Of a stretch of DNA of 62,000 bases, positions 39,701-42,116 are shown piece by piece. Position numbers and translations under genes: made by a program. Origin of the DNA: Hyalangium minutum (GTDB lineage: Bacteria; Myxococcota; Myxococcia; Myxococcales; Myxococcaceae); assembly GCF_000737315.1 (NCBI RefSeq), contig NZ_JMCB01000003.1, positions 206,001 through 268,000 of the forward strand, given 5' to 3'. Below the pieces are notes generated by a model. The model saw only the letters and a list, made by a program, of their open reading frames with translations, had not been told where the DNA came from and did no database searches. Each line of letters begins with the position of its first letter. The stretch's first letter is position 1.

Positions 39701-41250
39701 CCTCGCTGCCCACCGGGTACGGCGCACCCTTGTTCCAGGTCCAAGGGCAACTCGCGGCGGACCAGCCCTGTGATCCGGCGCAGCCCTGGTTCGCCTGTCA
39801 GCAGGGACAGCGCTGCCTACCCTCGGTGGACGGTTACCAGTGCCAGGACGCCGCATGCGCCAGCGCGCAGGACGAAGATAGCGATGGGTGGAGCGGCTAT
39901 CCCCAGGATCCGGGCTGTACGTCGCCGGATGATCAGGACGAGTCGGACCCCGAGACTGCACCTGCCTGCTCCAACGGTGCGGACGACGACGGCGACGGGC
40001 GTACGGACTGGCCAGCCGATCCGGGCTGCAGCTCCGCCTCGGGGAACACCGAGTCGGGAGATGGCGAGCGGTGCGAGGCACCTGCGGAAGTGACTGCATC
40101 CACCACGGTGGTGGACTTCTCGGAGGCGGCCTCGGACGAGACGCTGCTCTGTGATGCCCGGCCTGTCGGCGACAAGGTGTTGAGCGTCCGGATGCCAGGG
40201 GCTGGCACCATGGTGCTCACTTCCAGCCCGGAGATCTCAGCGCTGGCGCTTCGTCCGGCCTGCGCGGAGGAGCATGCGGACGTGAGATGCCTCTCGACCT
40301 TGACGGCGCCCTTGTACACCAAGGTGCCGTTGGAGGCAGGGGCCTATTCGATCGTGCTCAAGGGGACAGGGACCGCGACGCTTCGAGTCTCGGGCTTCTT
40401 GAATCACGGCGCTGGCTGCGATCCCGCGATGCCTTGGTTCAAGTGCGTGGCTCCGGCGTCCTGTACCATGGGCCCCACGGGCGCCACCTGCGTCGCTCCG
40501 GTGTGCTCGAACGGGCTGGATGACGATGGCGATGGCAAAGTGGATTTCCCGTCGGATCCAGGGTGCAGCTCGATGTGGGATATGGATGAGTCGGATCCTC
40601 CGGCGACTCCCGCCTGCCGTGACGGTGTGGACAACGATGGAGACGGGCTCACGGACTGGCCCGTCGATCCAGGCTGCGAGATCCGGGACGATCTGGATGA
40701 GGCCGATCTCTCCACGCCTCCTCAATGCTCCAACGGTGTGGACGACGACGGTGACGGCCTGATCGACTACGGCTCCGATCCGGAGTGCTCCAGTGCGGGC
40801 TCGGACAGCGAGGGTCTCTTCCAGGGCGTGCTGGCACAGCACCTGTCCTCGCAGACGTCCGGCTATTTGCCCTTCACCGCCACCAGCCGGCTCCCGCTGA
40901 TGACCTGCTTCGAGTCCAACCGGGAGCTCAAGAAGGTCTTCCAGTTCGTGGCGCCCAATACGGGGCGGTACATCATTCCTCCCAGCTGGCCCTCGGGCAG
41001 AGTGCGGTTCTCCGTCGACGTGGTCGGGCCCGACCGGGGACAGATCATCTGTGCCAACGACTCCGCGCAGCTGTCGCTAAGACAGGGGGACGAGATCATC
41101 GTCACTGTCGGAGGGGATGACACCTATGGTGGGAATGGCACCGGCGGGGTGATGCAGATCCACTTCATGTACTCTGAACCGCAGCAGATCGTCTCCCCAT
41201 GGCTCCCACCCCCTGAGCTCGATTGGCAGTGGACGGGCGTCATCCCATGA
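9784..41250 (+). CDS. Giant (10,488 aa, about 1.1 MDa) secreted multidomain surface protein with bacterial Ig-like, SbsA-type Ig, IPT/TIG and LVIVD-like repeats and a Cys/Asp-rich C-terminus
   Basis: Uninterrupted 31,467-nt ORF with strong GC3 bias. Sec signal (MLRAAALLALVLPLTAWSA). Repeated motifs DxxPPxV..P..G..A.DDxxVxxV, GPxxGGTxVxIxGxGF, LxVVDxSxPxxP and CxDGxDxDGDGxxDxPxDPGC. Confidence 0.9.
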   Translation: MSLPGGRMLRAAALLALVLPLTAWSATVTAAFPLVPLRPGATTAEVGVEVQGPAEQVLISVTGQSASRGSFASLANVVVDRDQAGAVSFHTLVTFSQPFPEDGVLEVVARPVGDGEDTSLTTRFDAAAPPPRFGPTPLRVRADLDNQTIILELAYAGNAVAAEASVVGASAEELRRVQGSLEDVEPVSFVQARRLLARPSTATPGRIVFAVPLGTAPIPHDGVVIADVALRDAFGRTVHTSAVEFTQATAFDPVVGVSVEPSPLLLSEGFGQRVPLQVAGSFAIAGEVDLSGAHRGVQYRSLDEGVASVTEDGQVVARANGETDIEISYAGYTATAHVVVDSSAVVERLEVMPEAPVIPRVGGSIRLGLEGVLSDGRRVDLSSRTLGTTWSSLDPSVLTVHSDGRAVGLRPGTARVEARNAGYSALRVVEVQDGPPEISLSAPSQVVEGADFELKARAQDDVALAFVEFLVNGVVTTRLTAPPFTIKLRAPPVAGGEMVIGAVAVDSHGSRTRATDVTLKVQPGQGASSKTIVYETPLPGALLLEGLPHTVSLTSGDARSGTLSPQDFQLVRYYADGALLGTVRTPRVEMRNLEEDPTEPPEYVAVPLWELSYVPRAGTAGTVVALYAEAVDARGATARGATILVRIARDGPPLVTLRSPSGPRVQATAGRPVQLTGLVEDDTVTLGVELSLLVDGAQVSSTRLVGEGLGGTRAGSAPFSISWTPPVSSIGRLVRLQFMARDVGDHESRASLEASVVADAPPQISLQTPPPGSQVLAGTTQFLTASVVDDSAGPVEVTWRVNGVPVGASRSPPYRTSWSVPTSAAGSTLQLQATARDSTGNEAQASGELFVVSDTTRPSISLVVPRPLAEVPETQDLVVSVAGQDDATVKKVEVLLEGEVLATDDDPGPNGTQLGSFLTHTLVRSAQLMGRQQIRLGARAYDASGNVGSAPEVLVKVLPDAPPTVRFVLPAANTRATIGTPLELIAEADDDVAVSSVEFFADGNSSCRATLPPYRCTITVTGPARTLHLRAVASDAGGRSSSAEVAVQVSEDREPPLVAFRSPSEGSFTFAGRNLSVEVAASDDVGVRDVRLELDGQTVGTQSGGVVDGLYRLFRWQVPIPAGAAGHTLAFKAVATDTSGLTRERLLEVRARRDEAPAVSLTSPAPNSFYKEGEDVRLVVTVADDEGVIGLVGLSGGRRQGTLAQSGPLLDVSRPQALTVRAPSIFRGEPPTVGAEARDTAGQSGVATVMLNVARDLEPPSALMISPLPPATGHLRVNEGGAFSLRVEVEDDVRVVRVAAVVDGQELPVVNGREPLGPQNERFEEVRVQDPVMPGQIIVSRRYLGTFAGTASLAQYSVGLHTLAARAYDAGGNATTTPALSFEILEVQDLAPPRVTLTLEGGPDERTCVAGAPMKLRVSATDDVSIREASVTFEGQPVTIRNPPERSPRNWQEEIPFQFPPLGTGGRRTVTFLARVTDGAQHTGVVSRTCELTPDGPPQILVVSPTARAALTEEGTEPVQVDVSDDVGVRRGLRVLSTSAVAVPGIGSFEVTATAAHEGLGVPSATLIPGDGPGFSVEALEGRLLISPPGEGQGTGTTAPGRLRLNVEPSPAGHGALAQVRFRYVVKPGHEGSTALQSFRSAFPDGVGSVTLSAPAFSADLSFPSQDIEMEEVDIQLSKASANAEELAVTRLGLRGWGTPQLQLRAEAAGERVAVQRWNTGVAPSRPGQVKRIDEAVWLPRGQAPRDSQLTVLAEDVAGLVGRVAIPIVARTDTDPPTASIVSPGNGASVVEDTVFEVQVSAQDNARLDQLELWVDGQSRQVMRVGPGPSGSPQAHRFSLSLPLPASGYPAALSVVARDGAGNATASDTAYVRVIPDVAPSVTFQSLTSAVESFTRTELDSGYVVMLQGVPATLGMLLEDDAGLASMRVQFGDQVVKEESFTGAPLTAGRQVTFTPPVGRDGAPVVLLVSLTDSAGHTRQTRLLIESRRPRPPALALAAPTPGATIAEGSIQLLFDAVAVDDTGVDHVQLFINGQPALILTRGEPIAWNLDPQSGAVVVADPALRQAVASLPPEDQDLQRLRHYRGQVKLPPGFVALVPGRTDAALQLRTIAADKEGHETVLDQPLRIEADVATPLVEVLRPVLGRNVVEGTSVLVEVSARDNVLVDRVEILAGPSASELRVVHTAGGFPPTNAVPGSPFDVYAPLVQYAFTVPTLAQLGSTVPVPYFVAARARDISGNWTAPADFVIQPIEIIQDQPPGVSILSPADGTPAVANSTITVSVMAEDDVAVGNVRLEVDGTPLPVTLHAPPFSFHVPVPDRAGELRLRAVAVDSGGHQVGSQVVILPLRDDLAPTVAVAQPRPEARLTEGRDFALVVAAQDDVAIRSVEVLVEGGLAGPLRLVASNLPYSFRVPLPPGSAGRTLRIVARARDSAGHESVAPEVTALAVADTSRPTVAWLRPAAGSQALEGSVVELEVDARDDVAVNSLELRLNDQPLAIMPTPPFRMTYHVPAQGGGQALVFSAIARDPSGNQTVETRRLEIAEDEPPSVSVIAPTRLVVGNPALLRAQASDDVAVTEIGFHVGSDPAALSEVARRYQLPYEFRYAATEADVGKVLTIRGRAMDLAGHEAWSVPVQALVVPDTPPTVAVRKPLAGEAIFEGQRLRLEVEATDVEGPIKQVAFFVDGRKVHVATTPAGIPGSPNLFATSYSPPVGSGNRLLRITAVAVDSANQETESAPVVVGTVRDTVPPETQLVDPMVWELVTEAEPVEWTAAALDESAVVGVRFLVDGQQVGPPSTVPRPGPSNRPLYYGTWLPPSGAAGQTRTLTAEATDPSQNVGRAEPVTVELGMRPEPAVELVVEPYARRQAGMAADGEGLVIHGALLKDVPLPPPNDTVKRDEGRLALARLDLNGLAPLGTVKVTGSPVSQTLLGRLALVAMGPVFDPVGKKTIPAQLQVVDLSNTAVPRLRGVVDLPSDDVHQVVARDRLAFVANGTSGVAVLELGNPDAPQRAFTRPTVGPARGVAVTDQWLLVAAGSGGLRVLDVRDPYLRELGFVALPGEANRVEVVGSRAYVGCSNAQAPLAVVDLSRPAQPRLMSLLSHAPRRPDLLASEVTDVAVSGGVALVTTAITDQDAEPVKGILSASTVKADGAASTFVRANLPGARDVLFSQGRPVALLGDSAMGAFTLPRLAVTDVSPVDGTGQVPPTAQVTVTFSRLLQGASVTEQTVLLRAQDAVLGPVVPATVTVNETRILVAPRAPLPTNTEIFLTVLPTVTGEGGVTLGERFVSRFRTSPVDGLPPQVADVQPPAGPVDGGTRVRVWGLHFAPGARVLFSGQEATQVQVAADGRSLDAVTPPNLEGAVVVTVVNPNGLEGSLLGGFLYLQILDVSMVVPATGSLAGGNLVELSGSGFQRGATVRFDGVPATDVRVLSPGRISLRTPPGHFGTVDVRVDNPDGRYVVKPDAFLYSNLVVSRVLGRHIPDPQYDGPIRPAEKLPQGVPRAVVMQGGLAWLLSDGTAALQAHSPEELLQDSIQAAVTLVDVSDPDNAAVRSGVSIAPPYQPRALAVRGTTAYVAADAAELPYVDVVGEGGPSLLVVDASVLQAPRMVTAVPFEGTARAVAVADDLALVAAGAGGLAVFSVADPLRPVLTGSIQSMRVRGEVRAVNVVDVAASGRYALVRAGTNAGTFTLVLDLATPGIEVVGEASDLGPMALQGRRGLTLGNGQIRTLSFSPPTWPRNLVGMSSLVGGTPVTVAVGPHVGAAGTEVSRPGNSGSGKLEVSLSADPSRPRAVDAVDLYPAARFGGVAVERDVAVISISALLTKKGEVVADPTLALGSDGLAVVRMPFLMGMRSQPADGDTEVPPSTPLRLEFNREVAGASPQTVRLIRQDGSVNGVVEPAEIQTLGRTVLLLPAQPLAPSTTYRVVADQLTDALTRAEMAGPFYLEFSTASSSAAMPVSISGLTPREGPAAGGTLVTVTGTGFEPGATVRFGGVPATQVTVSEDGTQLTARTAANTAGAATLEVTNPSGSVARRLGAFLFTQPLSVLAAAPGRGPASGGTRVILSGTGFSSTGTVQVRFGGVPALRTRVLGLNRLEVYTPRGLRGTVDIQVTNPDGSQATLEDGFIFDQPGGASVALSDRPVDVVVIGDSALVLQRGGLSVVDLSGLYLKGPLKDTPIPPDLVDGLVDVDNDRKDDRLVSFLPIPDALSLAYPSTWGHRLFVGTGGWDSKLQQWTAGEVLEVAIADLAHPAISARTAAVEGPVFGLDVKDERLLAATGQKGLSSFDRSYAPFLVGQLPMQGAAQSVAGSAGMAVVGVGQRDATSFAVSAGALRIVSTEASPSLRGALPLNIQRARWKGDVAVVAAGDAGLVLVSAANPDQPQVLASVLVGGFAWDVRLQGNLAYVAAGTAGVAVVDLTDLLHPRVLYHVTGARGGTAKLVEMTAGGRLVSMRDRGTQGWSVDFGRPSELAVVSASVAPDEVVPLSLPSVTVTLSAGLLHTSAPEAFSFTANGAPVPGTLEAGTPELPVSTLVFRPSEPLPSGAELRLALGTSLRSLLGDALIAPFEVRFFAAGGTGERPQLLQVVPRVGPSEGGTEIELLGTGFVPGTTVRIGAAPALVLSLSSTRMTVRVPPGEPGLADVVVVHPSGVTARRSGGYFYSAPLFASASIPRFLNPKGGSTVRVTGRGFLPTWSSPLGSTRVLIRGLPARSVSVESTTQLVAVAGPGSFGDADVELVAADGLQRASSPSPVGYGLPFSGKVVGASVRPVALAGNPALPLLPFAAAGASVEGNTFPQPYTGPMTGGGLVPESFRMVAYDVTRVGRPELAGASVVDPPDHDVDYLIGSLPYLAQRELPLPEVELMPDSFDVALRGTQLLVANGASGLAVIDASGTTLEQWPLLGRGGIGSVLGQEYATRLLATPTGAWVFSNPLEDNLLPEEIPCKSPTDEHYPAAGSGGQLQLFDTRSPSDPVLLGSIGSGSAQEPYGATVAGGRLLVAMGNHAGVIYCTETPFPPPPWASLTTGRRTRFLGLDPSDDYRSEDAPIIMMKTPHGALELYDSAGVGAQRLARRPYPYSLTDVVVVRDVAIASAAEFGLIFFDVRPDNPQAPQELLRLPFDQSLSNTPGHPERLRLIGDLLFVAASSGSVYVLDVSDPRHPEFLSGGNTEFAYDVLPVGDRLMLASRQELTELSMPFLLPLSTTPERDALVPPSLSQLEVRFNRPLAPATVNDISVQLIGPSGPVPLELSVVAEHATLTYAVRAQLPEEGLEPGATYEVRIASTVADQRGGGMIRPFRTAFRTGAAGSHAPRIDAVQPSAVSMAGGQQVVIQGSGLSGVASVRIGGATASFTAAGDTELHVTVPPSTRPGPADVRIEDAGGPWSLLPHGVLYLSPLASAHASLVPDHGPVEGGTEVKVSFSGASPVAPGTRVFIGDREGVNVDVVSLSTLRFTTPRPDGPGLVPVKLERPGEVSETVGYFSYDLPTGTTVDLPGFPPRETSEVVLSGDLLFAGVPTAGYEGLELFNIRVPEHPVRLGGLRTEGAVRGLDARGALALLATDAFGLVAVDVQDTARPFTVGRGATAGLATGIRLEGNVAHVSVTQMDGGAGYVQTFDVSQPSLPLLSTTPLTEDALALDHAPGRFYALTSNVRTGQPDGLRLTVYTRQGQRLGGVVVDATPRSYAELVRSRLTVRGGRAYVTLGSRLYVFDMSDETAPQVLQSTELGAPARGLTWAGGSLLVSTTGSSTLVTVPPTDLLVVGTSPVNGALASPLTSIRVDMSLPVREDTVTAGTFEVVQVGSAGPVPVPGHREVVFATRGSSLVFTPEDPLEPGAQIEVKVEGVLGFDTRPLAHPASFAFTVAGEDALQPWVERLEPASGLFTDFTATTVRGAGFRQGVTVRIAGQNATVVSVQEDQLGIVVPPSLTSAGPASVEVIDPSGLSAVRLGGFLYREPLRLALLSPDRAPQQGGVAVELRGTGFMPGLVVRFGGTGSFQVDVPSMERAVAVAPPHAQGLVDVEAVLGSQSAVKARSFLYGTGAVSRLPTPPVRDVRVEGTVAYVALGGETEIVGLDAEGHLITLEQRRKTDSGGLMVADLSEPTVAREIRRVNVSAQGGVRRMARAGNTLYLAAGSAGVVAVDVSQPANASETLRLSVQGEAVDVVTAGSLIFVADGSGVRVFRTGETEQPMLVAQRALPGGASALALYGGLLLVSNASATDARLYVLDARRGDLAPLAQEAHLPLSAPARHIAVEGTRAFVSLGRAGQVAIVELADPTAPAPAGTLVLKDELHQGWTSAEQTLVAGDVVWVAGGGGKVQRFAALVGQQPQWLETASVLGDAKALARSGRYLMAGTLLLDVNGRPVEMPLADTRDAAGTLTGGLVSVALDHLELRGTVPVAGAVVQVGVVPEVLLSALPDMATAGAVRLEGTDGVEVRVARQGRADTEGGRLALIPQSPLAVGTDYVLRVGGTLADLAGRPLGTDVGVRFRTGPIASPEQPVITAMSPVTGLEAGGDTAVLTGEGFMPGCQVWVGDTLASGVTVSSDGGRITLIVPPGPAGAAAVRVRNPNGLEALQLGLYRYLVAPELTQVSPAQAPFNSRQRVVLTGKGFAATTQVTFGGRPALHPVMDSQGRISVEVPDDVTGVVEVAVATPMPGGALVARRPDGFTYTLKPLGGVGGNTEALAVAGRVLLAARAGRLVAFDLTRPGDLPEVANVPGVTSAGGLVVSGDEAWLAGQGEVVRYALEGCGAGLPVSCPLQVVERIPLVASGVASVAAGQGSAYVTVAGGSDVVLLGRVDGATRVVAQVNVGPGVVRGVAMAGPVLAVLVQGSQSSRLELRDVADGSLTLVGEVPGLYWTVNRLAAEGTRVAVASGAGVRLYETAEPAVPVELGRFEGQGSAYTVALSGPWALASGDFGLAWLDTTQGLKRRTSGSTYGWAGNVAVGAGVAVAASAYELRAFELPYPTVTGQEPSPGGALPREAAVSVTLADRLPPSVVQGTAMELVGPAGAISGTRTVQGSAVLFRPSAVLTPGERVQARVTLGATPYVGGTVLGPWTWSILPSAEAPSLRVDALVPDHGDVSGGYPVVLAGAGFDAQTQVWFGTRAATVVPPVSTDAIHVLAPASPVPGPVRVRVSPGVAGTPVDVPGGFVYLAPLAISRVTPPRVDLGGGAVTVEGTGFNRSLTARLGGLVAPVSDFTPTSFKLSVPAGPSGWLALEVAQAGTPPVTLAQAVLRADGVAPTVTAWEPLDTVGTGQVPLNSIFTVRFNEPIDPATATHVRLVRQGGTVPESGTHTVAPDGLSVTFTPAAALPSTTAFTLSAAGVADLFGNAIANTAAARKDFRSRDVVPPNVYVRLESSTEPLAPGTLLAAEVSWSFRVVASDDSGQVSLRQLWVDGAAVSVDWDGKATYRWPAIMSSRPSTLKVRAEDSAGNGTESEVTVQVVEDMPPTVAITQPSTPVVQVEQGVSLTVALAASDNHGVSAVELRLDGVPIKRASSLTGTNATLSHVLYLPTQGTYQLTALAMDDRGQLTSSESVSVQVLPDTTPPQLAWVLPMAGTKLIGGGRYPLQVSATDLNGVAEVSFRIDGQLVATRTAPPWSMDWDAPAVTSAGTRLLEARARDAQGNEAGASQTVTVAPPSTSRPTIVLDGFSTSYGYPEGTAVTVRARVTSEIPLQSVRLSLGAETVTLTQPPWQLTFVAPRVPPPSQLVRLRGTAVDLLGRESFPVEYDVTVQDDGRQPVLALDMNPQGPSLLGGSTLQVGGLDGGVLTGTVVRVSEVLQPAETDGGYTLPFEPEAAPVRVSARMDAWDGGMVTLERQGTLTAFANGATVSVAAADEPVLDLATSGPWEWVARDQSGGHTRLELRDAATQALTAERSLDGTAVAVAFERGRAVVALRTGGRGRVDMMSVPALETVGSFSVRRIPRALETTSFGLAIGTDEGLELWSSGGMLASRLPLGDVLGVSAEGDRLAVLTNSTLYEVDASVPHAPALVASVPVAGATGVVALADARRCVVGATARCFRVEGTALTLQGEARLPDTAIAADGPGPWLLAGTASGLSVVDARGAPSMAGYYPALAGRVAAGDGRIVAAAPGRSSLLKLRRSVGAPTVHLELPPSAAPGARVPVVASVEGLSDPRDGYTAELRVRGTAVQVLKGRLPQSVDLPRDGTAAQVALRVVDLAGHEALAQGTVALVDDGAGPALAALQARAEVPSGAFFSLAAVPADPARVASVEYSVDSTVLGRADAPALAWRLRAPTVSTDTAFTVSAVALDAQGRRGAPVQASVWVRAGTGAALPTVSLARVGTGSIQEGTEVRVRATLTPSVPVAEVRFKMDGEEQQRLMLPPYEAVLRMPVGTGSRGVTVEAVAVDDQGRESAAALLPLTVVDDLTPPVVALEVDPSGEVLTAGSRVRATAIASDGGALESWSVRALLANVELASGGGRLDFTVPASTPAGTLVEIVATARDVAGNVATSRVTKTVLAPVLPDGGVVVAGDFVGADRLTLRGDFVYATTPRGLAVGRVRWGETPTIEPVSFLATDVAPSSLAVQGPWAVLVLPGRGLSIVNIADPAQPRVRGTLAGTFTKALAGDGLYVQGNSLFELDLEVPSTPVLRNMAVSATAVDGTADGVVFNSYSYLMVRARLTSGLSGYLSLLWPVGVPQTARWNDGKLLVGTDRSLAVLVRSGDSLGVAQEVPLPAGVRAMAVADGRVWLACTDGKLRWVDVRNPTAAQVIAQEALPARALEVSGGLMLATTAQGIFVRRLPNLGAAGSALSTPVGGLTLDDAPRAVTSFRRGVLVAAGLAGVQRIVLDDPSHPSRVSQSVAGLALKQVERTGEQVFTLNGTTLSIHVEQWDGSLVRDGGASDRLAALGSVERFAVSPRRLWAVSGGTVSSMGLPSVDQKVSLLLGSATLDVAGDETRAVVALGRAGAAVVLVDGAGTLRLGAMIPEVHTDAVAVDGDLALLGGPSGLAVVDLSAASGPVRRASLPTAGAVRRVRLEGRLALVSEGSAGVELWNVSQPAAPVLLGKLSTPRAEDAVVAAGHIVVADSVAGVKVFSLPAAGVNPVVRVVPDASSVEAGSWLEVSARVSGVQVDTAELLVEGQVLSRMDERAAVGRYLVPKQAVVGRELAVQVRARTASGAETLSAPVFVRVSAPTNLPEIVLYPNSPNSGWSYYSASSISVSAVYGGALAPVSARVRWAGQDLGALTVMDTSIHGELRMPVVGADTTGTLEFVLVDAAGRIKTASVPSIRVLAPQDPLPQSVYGLPSRLYSAPYDNAFTAQAYCYTWCNVRVERNGVTIASTLSTSPYTGWRSLPVSLVLPGETTGTQQTLTIVAEDSAGRQVRQEQRYTVLRDDLVPSVSLYAPYSASEGATVSVSAYASFPPGHQIRSLRLLANGVEIASVVGPTLSGVPYTFPSVSVTSTVRFEAIATDHLGREGRAEQLAQVLPDAPPSASMYASPTPVQGYPIYACINAADDVRLTAVTFKAGEETLWSCTSGCSAYFSTSFSKCVQSASRYTGSEIVLSAELTDSVGHTVTETRPYAVAQNQPPTVTLTSKSYLVAGQGGTPVYASAYDEAHMQSLKVRVGDTLIAQSTSSYYAQSGLSWSGSYTPSSPESFVLEAVAEDGAGLQTVLRKQVPVLPAGSGQSCEKPVPIGMDLTLRPPQVQLQSTFYSRCGTFYTGSWHTLPFDGPVEEISLRAYSDSWYWPTLIVKDGCDASAAQFCPYSSSSSDVSTRATSLSSQARVFLSQVTGDVYVSFARLGMGARCIPGSTSVVCSNSVCREQSSGEYRCAPEACRDGLDNDGDGRVDFPAEPGCTSATDDDETDPVPLPTCANGVDEDEDGAMDWPAETDCPSASSNGEHPTSCQVTPLTLLGSRMRIDFSQASNLDDLVCSTSGSGPDQVVRVEVPGQASLSGSLMEPYGYPKTLALRKSCTDGGAFLACAPAEWQSVWDDGRWVSQSVAMTSAEVGPGSYLFVADSSLPTGYGAPLFQVQGQLAADQPCDPAQPWFACQQGQRCLPSVDGYQCQDAACASAQDEDSDGWSGYPQDPGCTSPDDQDESDPETAPACSNGADDDGDGRTDWPADPGCSSASGNTESGDGERCEAPAEVTASTTVVDFSEAASDETLLCDARPVGDKVLSVRMPGAGTMVLTSSPEISALALRPACAEEHADVRCLSTLTAPLYTKVPLEAGAYSIVLKGTGTATLRVSGFLNHGAGCDPAMPWFKCVAPASCTMGPTGATCVAPVCSNGLDDDGDGKVDFPSDPGCSSMWDMDESDPPATPACRDGVDNDGDGLTDWPVDPGCEIRDDLDEADLSTPPQCSNGVDDDGDGLIDYGSDPECSSAGSDSEGLFQGVLAQHLSSQTSGYLPFTATSRLPLMTCFESNRELKKVFQFVAPNTGRYIIPPSWPSGRVRFSVDVVGPDRGQIICANDSAQLSLRQGDEIIVTVGGDDTYGGNGTGGVMQIHFMYSEPQQIVSPWLPPPELDWQWTGVIP
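10545..18330 (+). repeat. Array of about 25 bacterial Ig-like domains (two Big_2-like, then DxxPPxV-linked Ig repeats)
   Basis: Roughly 95-100 aa period, e.g. DAPPQISLQTPPPG, DTTRPSISLVVP, DREPPLVAFRSP, DTDPPTASIVSPG, DLAPTVAVAQP, DTVPPETQLVDP. Count and boundaries are approximate. Confidence 0.75.
18400..31790 (+). repeat. Seven-fold super-repeat of [LVIVD-like beta-propeller]-[SbsA-like Ig]-[IPT/TIG]x2
   Basis: Fourteen TIG starts (GPxxGGTxV..GxGF-like) in pairs beginning near 19.7, 21.7, 23.5, 25.7, 27.4, 29.3 and 31.0 kb. Each pair follows a PxxG...VxFxxxL SbsA-like domain, which follows a LxVxDxSxPxxP-rich block. Confidence 0.75.
39142..40812 (+). repeat. Seven Cys-bracketed DxDxDG-type (putative Ca-binding) repeats arranged 2+2+3
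   Basis: CRDGLDNDGDGRVDFPAEPGC, CANGVDEDEDGAMDWPAETDC, CASAQDEDSDGWSGYPQDPGC, CSNGADDDGDGRTDWPADPGC, CSNGLDDDGDGKVDFPSDPGC, CRDGVDNDGDGLTDWPVDPGC, CSNGVDDDGDGLIDYGSDPEC. Confidence 0.85.
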
Positions 41251-42116
41251 GGCCCTCAAGCGGAATAGGCAGCTGGCTCGTGTTGGCCCTCGCGGTGCTG
41301 TCCGGGTGCGATGACTCGCGAACGGTGGCGAAGGTGGGGCGCACGGGCCTGACGGTGGAGGACGTGACGCAGCTGCGCGCCGCGCAGAGCCCGAGCGTCC
41401 GCGCCGCGCCGGAGCAGACGCTGGAGGTGCTGGTGGATCGCGCCCTGCTGGCCGAGGAGGCCCGGCGCCAGAAACTGCACGAGCAGCCCACGGTGAAGGC
41501 CCAGCTCGCGGCCGCCGAGCGGGAGCTCCTGGCGCATGCGGTGCTGGAGCGGGCGGTGGCTCCCAGCGTGACGGACGAGGCGCTGCGCGCGCGCTACGAG
41601 GCCGCGCGCTCCCGGCTGGAGCGCCGCGAGGTGCACGTGGCCCAGATCTTCGCGCGGATGCCCGAGGGCTCTGATGAGAAGACTCGGCGCCAGGCGCAGG
41701 TGCGCATCAACCAAGCCTATGCCCGGCTCGCGGGCGGAGAGCCTTTCGAGACCGTGGCGCGCGAGCTGTCCGAGGACTTGGTGAGCGCGCCCCAAGGAGG
41801 AGAGCTCGGCGTGGTTCGGGAGGGAGGAGTGGATCCAGCGTTCTTCGCCCAGGCCGTGGCGCTGGCCGCAGGCGCTTGGTCCAAGCCGTTCATCACGCCC
41901 TTCGGCTGGCACGTGGTGAAGGCGCTTGAGGCGTCGAAGACGGTGGTGCCCTCCTTTGATGAGGCGAGAGGTGTGCTGGAGTCCGAGGCGCGCCAGGAGG
42001 CCCAGGCGAAGCTGATGGAGCGGCTGCGTCAGGAGATCTCGGTCCGTCGCTACCCGGAGCGGCTCAAGCTGGCAGAGGAGAAGAGCAAGCCCCAGGGCGA
42101 GGGGGAGGCGAGATGA
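41247..42116 (+). CDS. PpiC/parvulin-type foldase lipoprotein 3
   Basis: ATG at 41247 overlaps the giant gene stop (ATGA). Lipobox LSGC. Motifs VHVAQIF, ARELSED..SAPQGGELG and ITPFGWHVVK. Its stop overlaps the Rhs start (ATGA, 42113-42116). Confidence 0.85.
   Translation: MRPSSGIGSWLVLALAVLSGCDDSRTVAKVGRTGLTVEDVTQLRAAQSPSVRAAPEQTLEVLVDRALLAEEARRQKLHEQPTVKAQLAAAERELLAHAVLERAVAPSVTDEALRARYEAARSRLERREVHVAQIFARMPEGSDEKTRRQAQVRINQAYARLAGGEPFETVARELSEDLVSAPQGGELGVVREGGVDPAFFAQAVALAAGAWSKPFITPFGWHVVKALEASKTVVPSFDEARGVLESEARQEAQAKLMERLRQEISVRRYPERLKLAEEKSKPQGEGEAR

Noticed and set aside
39142-40812. CRISPR-like or DNA-level repeat array
   Set aside because: The repeats are conserved at protein level (CxDGxDxDGDG) and degenerate at DNA level. 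There are no identical direct repeats with unique spacers, and no cas genes.
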